Shown piece after piece: positions 37,201-47,568 of a stretch of 64,000 bases of DNA. Numbering within the stretch: the stretch's first letter is position 1; the number at the start of each line of letters is the position of its first letter. The notes under the pieces are model-generated. The model was given only the letters and a program-made list of their open reading frames with translations, did not search any database and had not been told where the DNA came from. Where the stretch lies: positions 806,001 through 870,000 of the forward strand of contig NW_027191404.1 in NCBI RefSeq assembly GCF_041146345.1, written 5' to 3'. A program made the translations under genes and the position numbers. The DNA comes from Neodothiora populina. Its lineage: Eukaryota.

Positions 37201-38086
37201 AAGATTTGCTGTCCAACAACCCCAGGCCGAAACCAGAACTTCTACCAAAGACGGAGCCTGCATCGGAGCCGATGCTGCTTACCAGCTCCTTAAGAGACTT
37301 CCTTATGTCCTCGTCACGGGTGTTGGCTGCGTCTTTGAGGCTGACCAGGTCGGTAGCATTGTCTCGACTCCTCCTGTTGAGCTGAGACATCTCCTTCTGC
37401 AGGGCGAGCGAGATGTTTGTGAGATTTGTTATTTGTGTCGCAATGGAGTCTATGTTTTGTGGTGCGCCTCTGCCATTGGTAATGTCGCCGAGTGGGGATG
37501 GAGAGTCTCGGATAGACATGGTCTGCAACGCCAGCATGGCGGCCGAGGGAGGAGTGTTTTCGCCAAGGATGGACTTGTTCTCGCCCCGAGTAGCAGGTCT
37601 GAGGTTGGGAGTATCTTTGAACGGGTCTCTCCCGGCAGGCGTGGGGGTAGTTGCTGCGCGATCTTGGCTGGAAAAGTAGTCATGGTCTCTCTCAGGGCTG
37701 TAGGATGGCGAATGACCACTGCCATTCTGTGCACCATTACCGCTACCAGATCCACCGCGAGAGCCAGGTCGTTCTGGTGAAGTTGTACGCATACCATCCA
37801 AGTAGCTACGGAGATCCTTGACGGAACCTTGTTGAAGCGACTGCATGCGCCTGTGTTGAGCTCCCTTGATGAGCGACTTGTCCGGAGAGGTCGGTGGCAT
37901 AGGGTTTGTTGTATATGCCGAAGTAGCTCGCTCACTAAGCTTCTGAGCAGCAGCCTGGATCTTGGCCGAGGCATTTGCATGAGTCTGAAGTGTCGGAGAG
38001 CCGGGGGGAATGGGCAATGGAGGAGGAGCCCGGTCTGGGTCGGAACTGTCCCACCTGAGTTTGGAGAAATGTTTAGTCAGTCCCAT
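31262..38086 (-). CDS. 2274-aa uncharacterised acidic coiled-coil/helical-repeat protein, single exon
   Basis: 6.8-kb uninterrupted ORF; N-terminal WDSSDPDRAPPPLP, repetitive helical core, Ser/Thr-rich tail. I saw no Walker A motif. Confidence 0.9.
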   Translation of the reverse strand: MGLTKHFSKLRWDSSDPDRAPPPLPIPPGSPTLQTHANASAKIQAAAQKLSERATSAYTTNPMPPTSPDKSLIKGAQHRRMQSLQQGSVKDLRSYLDGMRTTSPERPGSRGGSGSGNGAQNGSGHSPSYSPERDHDYFSSQDRAATTPTPAGRDPFKDTPNLRPATRGENKSILGENTPPSAAMLALQTMSIRDSPSPLGDITNGRGAPQNIDSIATQITNLTNISLALQKEMSQLNRRSRDNATDLVSLKDAANTRDEDIRKSLKELVSSIGSDAGSVFGRSSGFGLGLLDSKSFASPPPSGKPFSAMPRSNSHNSLFEPGSPNPFSVEGAASVAMLEKIIREMVTKDGQERLLTTLNDILDKHSKDNLSTVETARKVEELAEFIKSRPDSQALVRTSPDPDDDADHKSSKALEAMSADILRLLHQIKESASKSGGLSAEIKSRLHDLRGEVLGMGRDLGKKLEETSIANQEDRSLDVAAQTTADIERVVNEGMGQLKQHIENIIRESSQQLVPAAASREESGEEVFAAVKQALAEHASALTPPQQDGLDRSAILQAIKEAYDEFKPDIELQQFGLERDEILQVLKEGLLDYQENRELPPSPGASMEEVMYAIQQAMQDFNAPKAADEMAVLRGELLVSVRDILEGFKPAEPVGLDNEATRAAVMDAVKEGLAEHGPNAPREIEISRDDLFDAVKASLDGSAIPFGGFGEQVLKQLHELVDDMRVEFKQYSAANGRDTEQVLDAVKDGLESLRVEIESYVDRAQDVTGKDEIVDVVRSGLENLRVDVQGYVAEGPSNGRNEMIDYIKAEFEHLHEAMSGQARGEGDEGRPSSTSEILAALESGFKGLEGQVGSRGLLDETNEEVMEAMKAEFEALRDTIIAGSAGHKDEVIQTIQESMSNVRDRAADEEAAPGSNEEIMTIVKDEFGHLREVLTPLLLRQGAAADKDEIIDSINQAVDGLREHISTSETTESAQALVEIKEQIENLRESLAGGLVPAGGPPDAESSFAEIRQRLDEIAATKEGSGMTSDLLEAIQGEFEQLRQSVSQTMISGGSRADTEEVLDAVRLGLDDLRSHLEKKLENPDYQMSLNNQLLDALNEGIESMKTDVTAALDRPADASVNYEILETLKSGLSDLRNDVKKLTPGRPRTSDGTELILAEDIDAEAPREFSGEGATTSSTPLKERMEALFAQLHIKVEGMAASLGDMPPPPAATVPEGITLKEDLVGIEELLKDIQATVTDVASREKAEVENAVTKDDTDAIETLLRNTKAQIEDLPLPDPATLVTKEHLDAVEGVVLTVNAAIEGLSIKLEENSASKADLAVVEVLVKDLKEAFDGLKEGLPKPAEEGEEEDEGRKTLTKSDMDVLGILCTEIKDKIGEMTLPDVETLPTKFDIEQLTGLINDFRESHDKVKESYEGDISVTAKAFDDRKKEAEELAEQVTAIKSFLEEIKEELLAKVTEGDANVSTLTDTLKAMEENVTGNAGVGADVKELLETVKNEFERAHGSLEGIKVDHEQNNSTLLEKHGEHKDAIVAAVIEKVDTCYDGLMSKYDDAQTAADEKVKMMEEKALEQQEILATTKEMADELKLSIDTLGSSLTAFIPAFTEANEKMSGDHQTLFDKVNGTVLQFTEGHEAQKVEHQLTRDEVAKTLDGLNVLQADFTEYHPRFLMELKEILALVNQHYEHSKTLNESAEGHANSVKEQILASAEEHKTHVDEPFENIKAQLEELKGQSEALKETLAEHMSSIPALLPPPPEPAEKYDDTVVHEKLDTLVNFAGDKYDDAGVHEKLDTLVNLAGEAGLATAQMARLDEIHEQVRATAAEVSAFVALQHKQITEGNEAKEREAEEIALLLERRTVQKDTIEAEITGLNDEKASLVAVVEALRAEKDALSSQKARLNADVSSLQMALSIRKEELHDMDAKADALERRILEGLIDHSRAMLLTKRTPKPSPKKHVGRDLRNVSGTSAASVMTTPLAGPGKNHAMAMKTRPPMQRNGATPNTGERRIMSLSQISGNVPSGASAYATPTPSLISAAGQLSRSQSVKHNKLRKPAWGPTMASIEGMDKENENGENFPEDESEMEDYASSHYDSRPVSRDRPVSRDSLASSSVSGTETRRSVSFGGTVSGSDLTYGTGSYTDGVTPNEDNRRTSYGTYDTGSYMTGSDLDDHRRTSYGSTIRSTVGAQTIDEGNEEEEDGGNISDMESEIQRLAEQAHREHLAEQEAGSDNGKDLVAWGPSSDSGLGTDLPTAQLEGSNGYFHGDSAAHAEEVQGE

Positions 38087-38926
38087 GGTGGATCATGCTT
38101 GTTTTTCTTTATCTTTGCATAGATGTAAAGTGAAGAGTCAAACTATGACAAAAACGACAGAATCAATGGCTTACATTGGTATAGACATGGCAGACATCCT
38201 TCCCGCGTCCGAGTAGGAATGTTGATGTCGCACGTCCCTGTCTCGAGATGCCTCTCTGTCAAAGGTAGGCATCGAATGGAATGTATCGTAGCAACAGGAA
38301 GAATGCACTAAAAGTCAGGCAGGCTCAAAACAATAGCATTATCGTGCAACGGTGCAATGTTGGGGTATCTCTGGGGTATCAATTTCAAGATGAGGAATGT
38401 CGTATAATGTCGTGTGCACTCGTCAGGCAGTTCTTCTTGTTTTCAATCAACTACTGGATTCAAGAAGGAAGCAAGGTATAATTGGTACTGTACTGAAGCG
38501 ACGGTTGAGATTGCCGTTGCGGATGTTTGATAAAAGATGAAAGAAGTCAACCACCATTTTACCTGCAGTTGCATTTACTACAGTGTTGTTTATCGGGCGT
38601 GTTTACCATGTCAACACTGTTACCCGCCCGTCTGTGCGTCTGATGCGCCTCTTAGCGCCGGGGGATGGGAGGAGCGGAGCTGTGAAGCAATGGAAATCCT
38701 CGAATCGAGTCATGTCTGCGCGTCTGCCAAGATTTCCTTGCTCACCGCCCTGCACTCTGCAGCTCTGTGCAAACAATTGAGGTTTATTGCCAAGGCCGAA
38801 GATTAAGCGAGCTTTCCGCACTCTGATATTTCCTCCACAAAACTTCCTCTATCGCTTCGACTTCGACTTTTCTGATTCAACGAGATTCTCACGCATCCTC
38901 GCTCGTCCATACTAACTCCAGCAGCC

Positions 38927-39490
38927 ATGAAGTGTACGTCGCCATCACCATCTCCAATCCTCCCCCAGCGCCATCCAATGCGCTCAACGACTCCAGCAGA
39001 CAGGAGAACTAACATGCGCTCCGAATAGTCCTCAAGGTTGGCCGTGTCGCCATCATCTCCCGTGGCCGCTACGCAGGCAAGAAGGTCGTCATCATCCAGC
39101 CTGTCGACCAGGGTACCAAGGCTCACCCCTTCCCTCACGCTCTCGTCGCCGGTATTGAGCGTTACCCTCAACCCATCACTCGCCGCATGGGAAAGACCCG
39201 TGTCGCCAAGCGCTCCAAGGTCAAGCCTTTCATCAAGGTCGTCAACTACAACCACATCATGCCCACCCGTTACACTCTCGAGCTCGAGGGTCTCAAGGGT
39301 GCCGTCACCAACGACACCTTCAAGGAGGTTTCCCAGCGTGAGGACGCCAAGAAGAACATCAAGAAGGCCCTTGAGGAGCGTTACAACTCCGGCAAGAACA
39401 AGTGGTTCTTCACTCCTCTCCGTATGTGCCTTTTGCGCGCCCCGGTCAGCCCATGTCATCGCATGCTAATTGTCTCTTCCAGGTTTTTAA
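38927..39490 (+). CDS. RPL27: 60S ribosomal protein eL27, introns 38934-39028 and 39422-39482
   Basis: [55 protein letters not shown]. Confidence 0.97.
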
Positions 39491-40329
39491 GCGTATCGCC
39501 CATCACGGTGGAGTCACAGATGCGGGAACTACGGCTTTGCTGTCAATACCAATACCAGACGTAGCGAGTCGAAAATGAAAAGTTTTCCAAAATCTGAACC
39601 TATTTTTTTCAGATTGACACTTTGTGTCTCAAGGCCGGCGACGGCTTGTCGATCGAAAGATTGGCGCATCCCATTTGCGATCTGCTTTATGCGATCCATC
39701 TGTCTGCACTTTGCGTGCAACCTGTCTAGGTCTATGCTTCTGCATACTCCTAGTAGGTACTCCCCATGTGCACCGTGAATGAGAACCCGGATGAGAGAGT
39801 TCAACCCTTTTTCTTTACCCTGCTTCTCCCATGTGAAAGTTGGCACCTGTCAGAGGCACCGTTCCTTATGACCAAGTGAGGCTCACCTGTTCCTTGCTAC
39901 TGCACCTGCCGAAATCAACCGGACGTGCTGCGACTTTTTCAAAATATGCTTGCAAATGTCGCCCCACTGGCTCCGTCGCAATACTACCTTAACCTACATG
40001 ACTTGGGTTTTCAGTCGTATGTCTAGGTACAGGTACGGTAATGTTACATGTACACTGAGTGATACAATCTCGTGAAGTCGAGACCTCCTTGCCATCACAC
40101 CTCGCATGTCTATCATAGTTCGATATACGCCCATCAAATAGCACGGTCCTATCTATCTCAGCTACGTCTTGTCACTGCTTCCATGGCATGCATGGCTTCA
40201 CTATCTATAATACATTATCTAAGCGACTTTACCTTGTGCACACGACAGAGACCTCTGACCACATATGTCATCGTCACTCAAACGAACTTTCATTCACGTT
40301 AGCAATGACTTGTCAGCACGTGCACACTA

Positions 40330-42330
40330 TCACAGCAAAGGACATAGTGGACGATATACATGTACGATATTCACTTGCTTCCTTTGATGATCGTAGAGGC
40401 CATCAGCGTCACTGACGACACGGTACATAAAAGAGACGCAGAAGGCACTTGTTCTAGGTAAAGCATTCAACATCCATACTCCATGGAGGAGACTCGAACT
40501 TGAGTCTTGGCGAGAATGGATTGGAATAAGGCAAGAGGATCCGAGGCGTATATATCGCATGGTCAGCCAATCTCACTTTGAGTGTCCTTGTCCCAATTTT
40601 CGCTTTAGTAAGGAAAAAGCATGATATCTAGGTCTGCGGCCGAGATCTTTGACCGAGAACAGCCAATATTCAAGCAGTTTAGAGAGTGAGGCGAGATCGA
40701 TCGCATCATTCACACTCGCGAAGGTGTGCCAAAGGACCAAACTGCACATACTCGAAGAAGAAAAACTATATTTATCGACCTGCCGTGACCTTTGACTCCA
40801 AACATTGCTGACGCATCGCAACCACCCTCGGCTTGTGACATTGTTGTTTGGCGGTGGATTAATAGCAACCATGCGACATTACCTAAATCAAGCATTCGAA
40901 AGAGAGAAAACCAGGTGCATCACTGTGCTCTCGAACTTTTCATCGAGAAAGGCAGGCATATAATGGTACGCAGAGCCTCCCATATAAAGACCTAGAGCAA
41001 AAAAACAACAGTTTGATATGACAAAGCCAGCAGATAACATCTCAAACATGTTCCGATCGAAAGGAATCGGGTTCCTGGTTTCTTGCATGTTACATCGTTT
41101 CGGTTTCAAAAGCGTCGCAAGCATGTCGATCGTCTCTCGCAAACGTGTCCCCCAAGGCAATTCGTTCCCCGGGACTGGTGCATGATAATCGTTCGAGCGG
41201 GAGTATAAAGTGAGCTGCAAGGATTCCAGGCAATGAATCAGCAGTAGAGAAGCCGATATCGCATGCCATATTCACGACCCTTATAGGTGGGTTCGCCTCC
41301 AGATGTAAAGTGGCCGGGGGAGATCCTAAATGGACGGTCAATAAGCTTCGGAAATATAGTGGAACGGCAATGATAGTGCGCTAAGGAATCAGTCGGGTCG
41401 ATAGTGTGAGGTTATTGCAGACGCATAGTCGTAGGGAAGGAGACCGCGACGACTGCACGGAGAATGAAGCGGGAGCTTGATAAGAGCCTGACAAGGTTAA
41501 AGTGAGAAGACCAAAATAACCAAAGTCACGTCGCTGTCGGTCACCGCGTGTCGGTAGGCCATAGGCAGACAAATCCTAGTTGTGAAGTCCGATATTGCTA
41601 TCAGAGCGTGGAACCGATCCCCAAGATTGGGTCCCATCAATCTGTTCCAGATGTTACAGTGCTCACAGACTGTGTATGTTTCGCAGATCGAGTCTATCAG
41701 ACAACGGCCACGTAAGTTTGGCGGTCGAAGAATAGTCGTAATTGTCCAGATGTAACCCCAACTTTTCAATATAAATGGTACTAGTATGGATAGTACTTGT
41801 GCCTTCCAAGTTAGGAAAGACATGAACATCTCCGTAGATGTGTACATCTCTTGACGGGAGGAAGTCCGAATGTTCCACATTCTTCTCCTGTATTGCTAGC
41901 ATTGGAAATTGGTCGCGGGGATGCAGGTCACTCGATCCATTGTGAGTCCATTCAATGATATCCTTTTCGTCGAAAACTCGGCGATGCAAGAAAGTGGGAT
42001 ATGGTCCGATCTGATAGGGATGCAATGTGGCTGTTATTAGTGGCTTACCGTATGAATCAGGAGCCAGTATATGAGCGTCCGGCAGTGAAGGCAAACGCAT
42101 GTTCATCCCGCACGTTCTTGTCCGCACGTGTCTGATCACTCTAAGGGATAAGGAGGGCCCACGCTGAAATGCCGAGATTGCGTGTTCATGCAACACAGCA
42201 ATATTGATCAAGAAAGATCTGAGTACCAAAGGGTCCGTTCAACCAACACCTCCCCCTTGGCTCGCAGCAAGACGAATGAGGCTGCGTGTTAACTTGCATG
42301 AGGTGCAGATCACATGAAATCATACAATAT
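40330..42330 (-). pseudogene. Possible decayed or orphan coding remnant
   Basis: Chain of 70-190-codon minus-strand ORFs broken by stops and frame changes; no family recognised. Confidence 0.2.
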
Positions 42331-45300
42331 GCAAAGAATTTCCGTGGCCCTGTTGGTCGGAAATGTCGAAAGGGAGCCCTGAACGACACTGTACCTTAGT
42401 GGCCAAAGGCAACAACCTCTACTGAGTTACAACCCTGATGACCCCCTTTTCTGCCATGTTACATTTGCGGAACCGCCGTGACTTGAAAGTGCTGATTGAA
42501 GTGCTGTTTTCATGTAATTGAGTTCCCTGCTTGGCCTCTAACTTTGAGCGGCCGGGGAACACCAAGCTCCCGTGCAAGCGGCTGATCACGCCTCGACACC
42601 TCATCTCTCACCATTTACGTTTTGTACATCCAATTTTGATCTCGAAAAGTACCTGTACAGTACTTTTTGTGAAGCCTCGACGAATCCATTAGATGTATGA
42701 TCCGATCTAGCGACATAGTCGCGATTGTTTGCCGCTCTGGTGCGATTGGTAGTCTGCACGCGCGGAATCTTGATATTGTCCTTCTCACGGCTCCCACCTT
42801 CAGTACGGTACTCATATGGCTTGAGTAAGGTGCCTTATTCACCAACGGCTCACAGGCTTGGTCAGAGAAGGCTCGGAACATGGTTTGACGAGACCATAGT
42901 GGGGTTGCCATGTGGCGCGGCTCGGCCGTCTAATGGTTTGGCTACAAATCGGGTCGAGTTACATGATCATATGCTGTCGTGTGTGGTGCGTCTGCCTCGC
43001 AGTCGCAGTGAATTCTGGTTAAATTGATGCAAATGTCGATTATCCATGATAGCACAAATTGTGGCTTCTATGTTCTTCTTCCATTACCCCATAGATACAC
43101 AATTGCCGGCAATCCTGGAAATTGTCACCGACTTGGTGGCTGGAGTTAGCCTCACAAGCTAGATCACAAATATACTATATTGATCATGATTTTTGCATCA
43201 GGTATAGAGCCGAAACAAAGGTGACTAAGATGTCCCAACCACGAGGAGTTGGCGAAGCCGAACCGAAGCACTAGAAGCGGAATATGCAATTATGAAGAAG
43301 ACGTTGAAACTTAAGGTAATGGTGGTTAATAACTACCCGACCGGGTGGCAGAGCTTGCTTCATGGCGTGAGTTTGAGGGACTGGCCACCTACGCAATCTC
43401 AGCATCATTGCTTCCAACTCCAGAAGAAACTGAGCTTCTAGGGGGAACATGTTTGCCCGCCTCGAGCCCGCATACTGTACATGACAACAGGCCACGGAAG
43501 GGTATGCTTCAGTGTGCTGGTTGCCGAAATCGTAATTGGTCGAGGCGGTACAGTTGAGCTGCATGTTTCAAGCCACAAACTTTAAAACACCTTCCAGTTT
43601 TGAGCGTGGGATGATATGCTGCATGTCTTTGTGCGACGATGCGATCGACCTGCTTGAGTACCAAGGTAATTCGGTCCGTGTCGGAGCAGAGAAAGTCACA
43701 AAAGCGATTACGCACGACAGTATGCTTCTCATGCCCGAAGGATTGGTGTCTGGCGATTTCGAATCAATTGACGCGAATTCCAGATTTCCTTGGCCAGCTA
43801 TGGCCGCATGTCTACGGAATGTTGTACATACTAGTCATACCCGCGGCTAGGGGCATGGTAACACTCAGACATCATTTGGGACGCAACGGTCCGATCAACC
43901 TTGCGTAGAGCTATGTGTGGATCATATCGAATTCGCGGCAACACTTCTGTACTTTCACGAAAGCGGATTCGCTTGGCATCGTCGATAATTAGTGCTGCTC
44001 TCGCTTGTAACCTTCTATTGCACTCTCGACCAGGACCTGATCTAGTGCAAACAGGAGGGTACGATCTCGAGCAGGTCTGCTCTACCAAGCATGTACGGCT
44101 GAGGTCAAACAAGCATGACCGTCTTGACAGGCTGTAGGAAAAGGGCACATGTGAGGATCTACACTGCGCCTCACAATTGCCTGTCGGAGATCGAATGAGG
44201 CCGCGAAGTAGCAGGTCAACAGAATCTAGCAAGGACTTCGTCGTGAGTCTATGGGTTGTCACTGCATTGTATGATTGAAAACGCCTGTGTACAAGTACTC
44301 GGAGGCCAATCGGGCTAAAGAGACGTCTCTCGACGTCGTCTGCATGTCCCCCTCATCGCTATGAAGAGGAACGAATTCGCAATCGAAAATCATTGGTGTT
44401 GCTGACCTGTCTCATCAAGACCCTGGTACACATGGAGTAACGCGTGTGGAGGGTTTAGCAAATTCGCGTGGCTCTTTCAAGATCAGCCATCACGATGGTG
44501 TTAGCGTCAATTTTCCGCTTGAGCGCCGAGCCTTGATACTCGCGGATACTCCGTCACTAGTGTGTGGTACCCATAGAAACTGCATGGAGCACAAATGAGA
44601 ATTAAATCGCGTCCACCCGCAAATGATAGATATCAAGAAGAAAGAAGGGGAGTGGTCAGCAGATGGCGGGAAATAGTCGCAAATCTATACAGAACAGGCG
44701 AGGAGTTGAGGGAATATTCCTCCTAGAAGTGAACAGTGGAGGAATAGTGCATTCTCGTCTGAAAAGTGCTCGAGAGATAAGGGAGACAGTCAACAGTGTA
44801 GCTGAAGAAAATTTCGAAATAAAATCGCATCGCAGGCGCACAGTGAGGAATTGGCGTAATGACTAATGTCAGAGCCCAAAAAGAAATCAAGAAGATTGGC
44901 GAGAGCGGCAGATAGAAGACTAGTGATCGGACTGTACAGGGACAGCAGAAGCTCGGAGAAACCCTGGCAAAGACCATACAAGAGACAGAGGAAATAACAA
45001 GGCTCTCCTACAGTTGCTACATTCAGAGAATGACAGACGATCATAAGGTGAGAACAGATCGAAGAGAGAGCAACATGACAACTCGACCTGAACAAAGAGC
45101 AGCGGAAGTAGACTATTTTCGGCGCTGTCCAGAGAGGATGAACGCAGCGAACGAGATTGCTGTTACATGGACAAAAGCATAGAGATTCGAGTATTTTGTC
45201 TGCAAGGATCGATACTTGCCGCAATTTTCTCTACTCGATTAGTGAACATGCAAATGGACTCGACACTACGCACAGCGCTACCTTAGCTTGCGTCGGACTT

Positions 45301-46817
45301 GTGAAATGACACGGTCGTGGAGAAAGCATTCTTTTAGTGGAACAGTTCCCGCAATGCCTCTAGAAAGGTGTTCTCGCGGAGGTAGCGAGGGGGGTCCATG
45401 GCGCCTCGCCGAGCGCACAGGCATAAGTCGGGGCGGCGAGCAACGTTACGCTCAGGATGGTGCACTAGCTTGACTTAATTAGAGCATAGTCAAAATAGGG
45501 TCCCATGTGACAAAGGACGCTGATGCCATATTTCTGCCCTTAATAAGAGTCAGGAAAGCGGAGCAGGTAGATTCCTAGTCGAGGAGTCAGGGCCAGCAGC
45601 TGGCGAGCACGCGCGCTGTTGATATCAACACCCCGCCGAACGGTAAAGGGTAAGGAGAGGGGGAACTCGGCACGCCTAGAAAGCTTTAACCGCGGCGGCT
45701 CGCTGCGTGCATTTGGTGGTGATACTTGGAATTTTTCTTTCCTTTGCTTGCTCTCTGTTGTCAGACGTCTCCTGGGATAACTGCTCACAGGCATCGACGG
45801 TATCATAAGTCGGCTTCTTGAGAAGGCATAATAAGCTTTCACTGGAAACCCCCGACGGCTGCTTCACACGCAACAATCTGTCGCACACGAGCTTGTACAT
45901 TTTACCAGCAAGCATACCCTTGACTATATTCGTGCCTCCCCGCTGCCGTACAGACATCTCCCTGTAAGAGGAGAGCATCGGATCACATCGTTTCACGTGC
46001 ACAGCTCGACAAGATCAGACTGCCTTCTACCTCAATCTCTGAAGCCGTCGTGTGTCATCGAAGCTACGTCTGTTTATCAACAACATAGACACAGCCAAGC
46101 TGCACAAGATAGAAACAAAAGCGACAGTGCAATAGCTTCCACACGAGCCAACAAAAAGAGGGTTGGTGCTAAGCGTTCGCGGAAAAGTGCGAAGCTACGG
46201 TACGGCATCCGCAGCGCTGATCAGGTCGTCGAACGAGCTCCTAAACCGGAGATCGCACAACCGAATCAATCGTCCCTTTTGTCGACCCTAATAACGAGAT
46301 TATTATACCTCGTCAGCACGCCAGTCCAGGGAGCTAAAACTCGTCGCGTCGGGCATCTTTTTTCCACCTTTTGCCAAACAATTTGGACAATCAAGCCTGA
46401 AATTTGATTCCCTTGGCGTTTTGGTGGGGTGGAGCTCCCGCCAGACCTCTTTCTCTTGCTGCTAGCACCTGCCAGGACCTGCTAGGACCATCGTCACCAG
46501 CTTGTGAAGCCACCTCCCTCATATTTACACCGAAGCCCCCTGTACGGACTTGTCTCTTACTCCGAACAGCCTGTCGCATATCGTGTTCCCCTTCGAACAC
46601 TTACACTTGCACCTTGGTCCACTTTGGATCGCATCCTCCGACTGACTGTCGTCACCGAGTGAACTCTAACTCTATCACGACTCGGCCGTATTTCACGATC
46701 TTATAATCGAGACAATCCGTGTTTGCAGACACCTTCGCCTTGTGATACACATCATCCCTTGATCTTTCTGCCTTGTTCCACAAGTTTTTGGATTCAGTTT
46801 CTCATCAGACAACGAAA

Positions 46818-47568
46818 ATGGCGGGCAAAATGACGCTGTATAAACTGGTGGTGTTGGGAGATGGTGGAGTGGGAAAGACGGCATTGACGATTCAAGTAAG
46901 TTTAGCCACAGACGCCTGGTCAGATGGTTCTGACAAACATGCAGCTATGTCTGAATCACTTCGTCGAAACATACGATCCGACGATCGAGGATTCATACCG
47001 TAAACAAGTCCAGATTGACGGTCAATCCTGCATGCTCGAAGTGCTGGACACAGCGGGTCAGGAAGAGTACGTCTCTTTGCGAGACCAATGGATACGAGAC
47101 GGAGAGGGCTTTGTTTTGGTATACAGTATATCATCACGCGCCTCGTTTCAGCGCATAAAGAAGTTCTATAACCAAATACAGCGCGTCAAGGAATCGGCGG
47201 CAACCGCTTCACCTACCTTTCCCGGATCACCGAACCCGTCTGGAGGGTCGTATGGACCGGCGCCTGTCATGCTCGTTGGCAACAAGTGCGACCGAGTGAC
47301 AGAGCGCGAAGTCTCGACGCAGGAAGGCAGCGCTTTGGCTAGAGACCTTGGCTGTGAGTTTGTCGAAGCCTCGGCCAAAAACTGCGTCAACGTGGAAAAG
47401 GCCTTCTACGATGTGGTTCGCCAGCTTCGTCGCCAAAGACACAACTCTTCCGGTGGCAGGAATTCAGAGAAGAAAAAGGACAGCGCCAAGACGAGTCACA
47501 ATGAGCCTCGCGGAGCTCGACGAGAAACAAGCAAGAAACGCTCTGGCGGGAAATGTGTCATCCTCTGA
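46818..47568 (+). CDS. RAS2: Ras2/RasB small GTPase, intron 46896-46944
   Basis: LYKLVVLGDGGVGKTALTIQ|LCLNHFVETYDPTIEDSY, DTAGQEEY, NKCD, EASAK, CAAX box CVIL. Confidence 0.96.

Noticed and set aside
31262..38086. SMC or chromosome-segregation ATPase label for the giant protein
   Set aside because: No Walker A/B or ABC signature seen; resemblance is generic coiled-coil composition.
38803..39459. 218-aa ORF antisense to RPL27 (likewise the antisense ORFs over H3, RPN6 and the giant gene)
   Set aside because: Expected shadow of strong codon bias on the opposite strand; no independent features.
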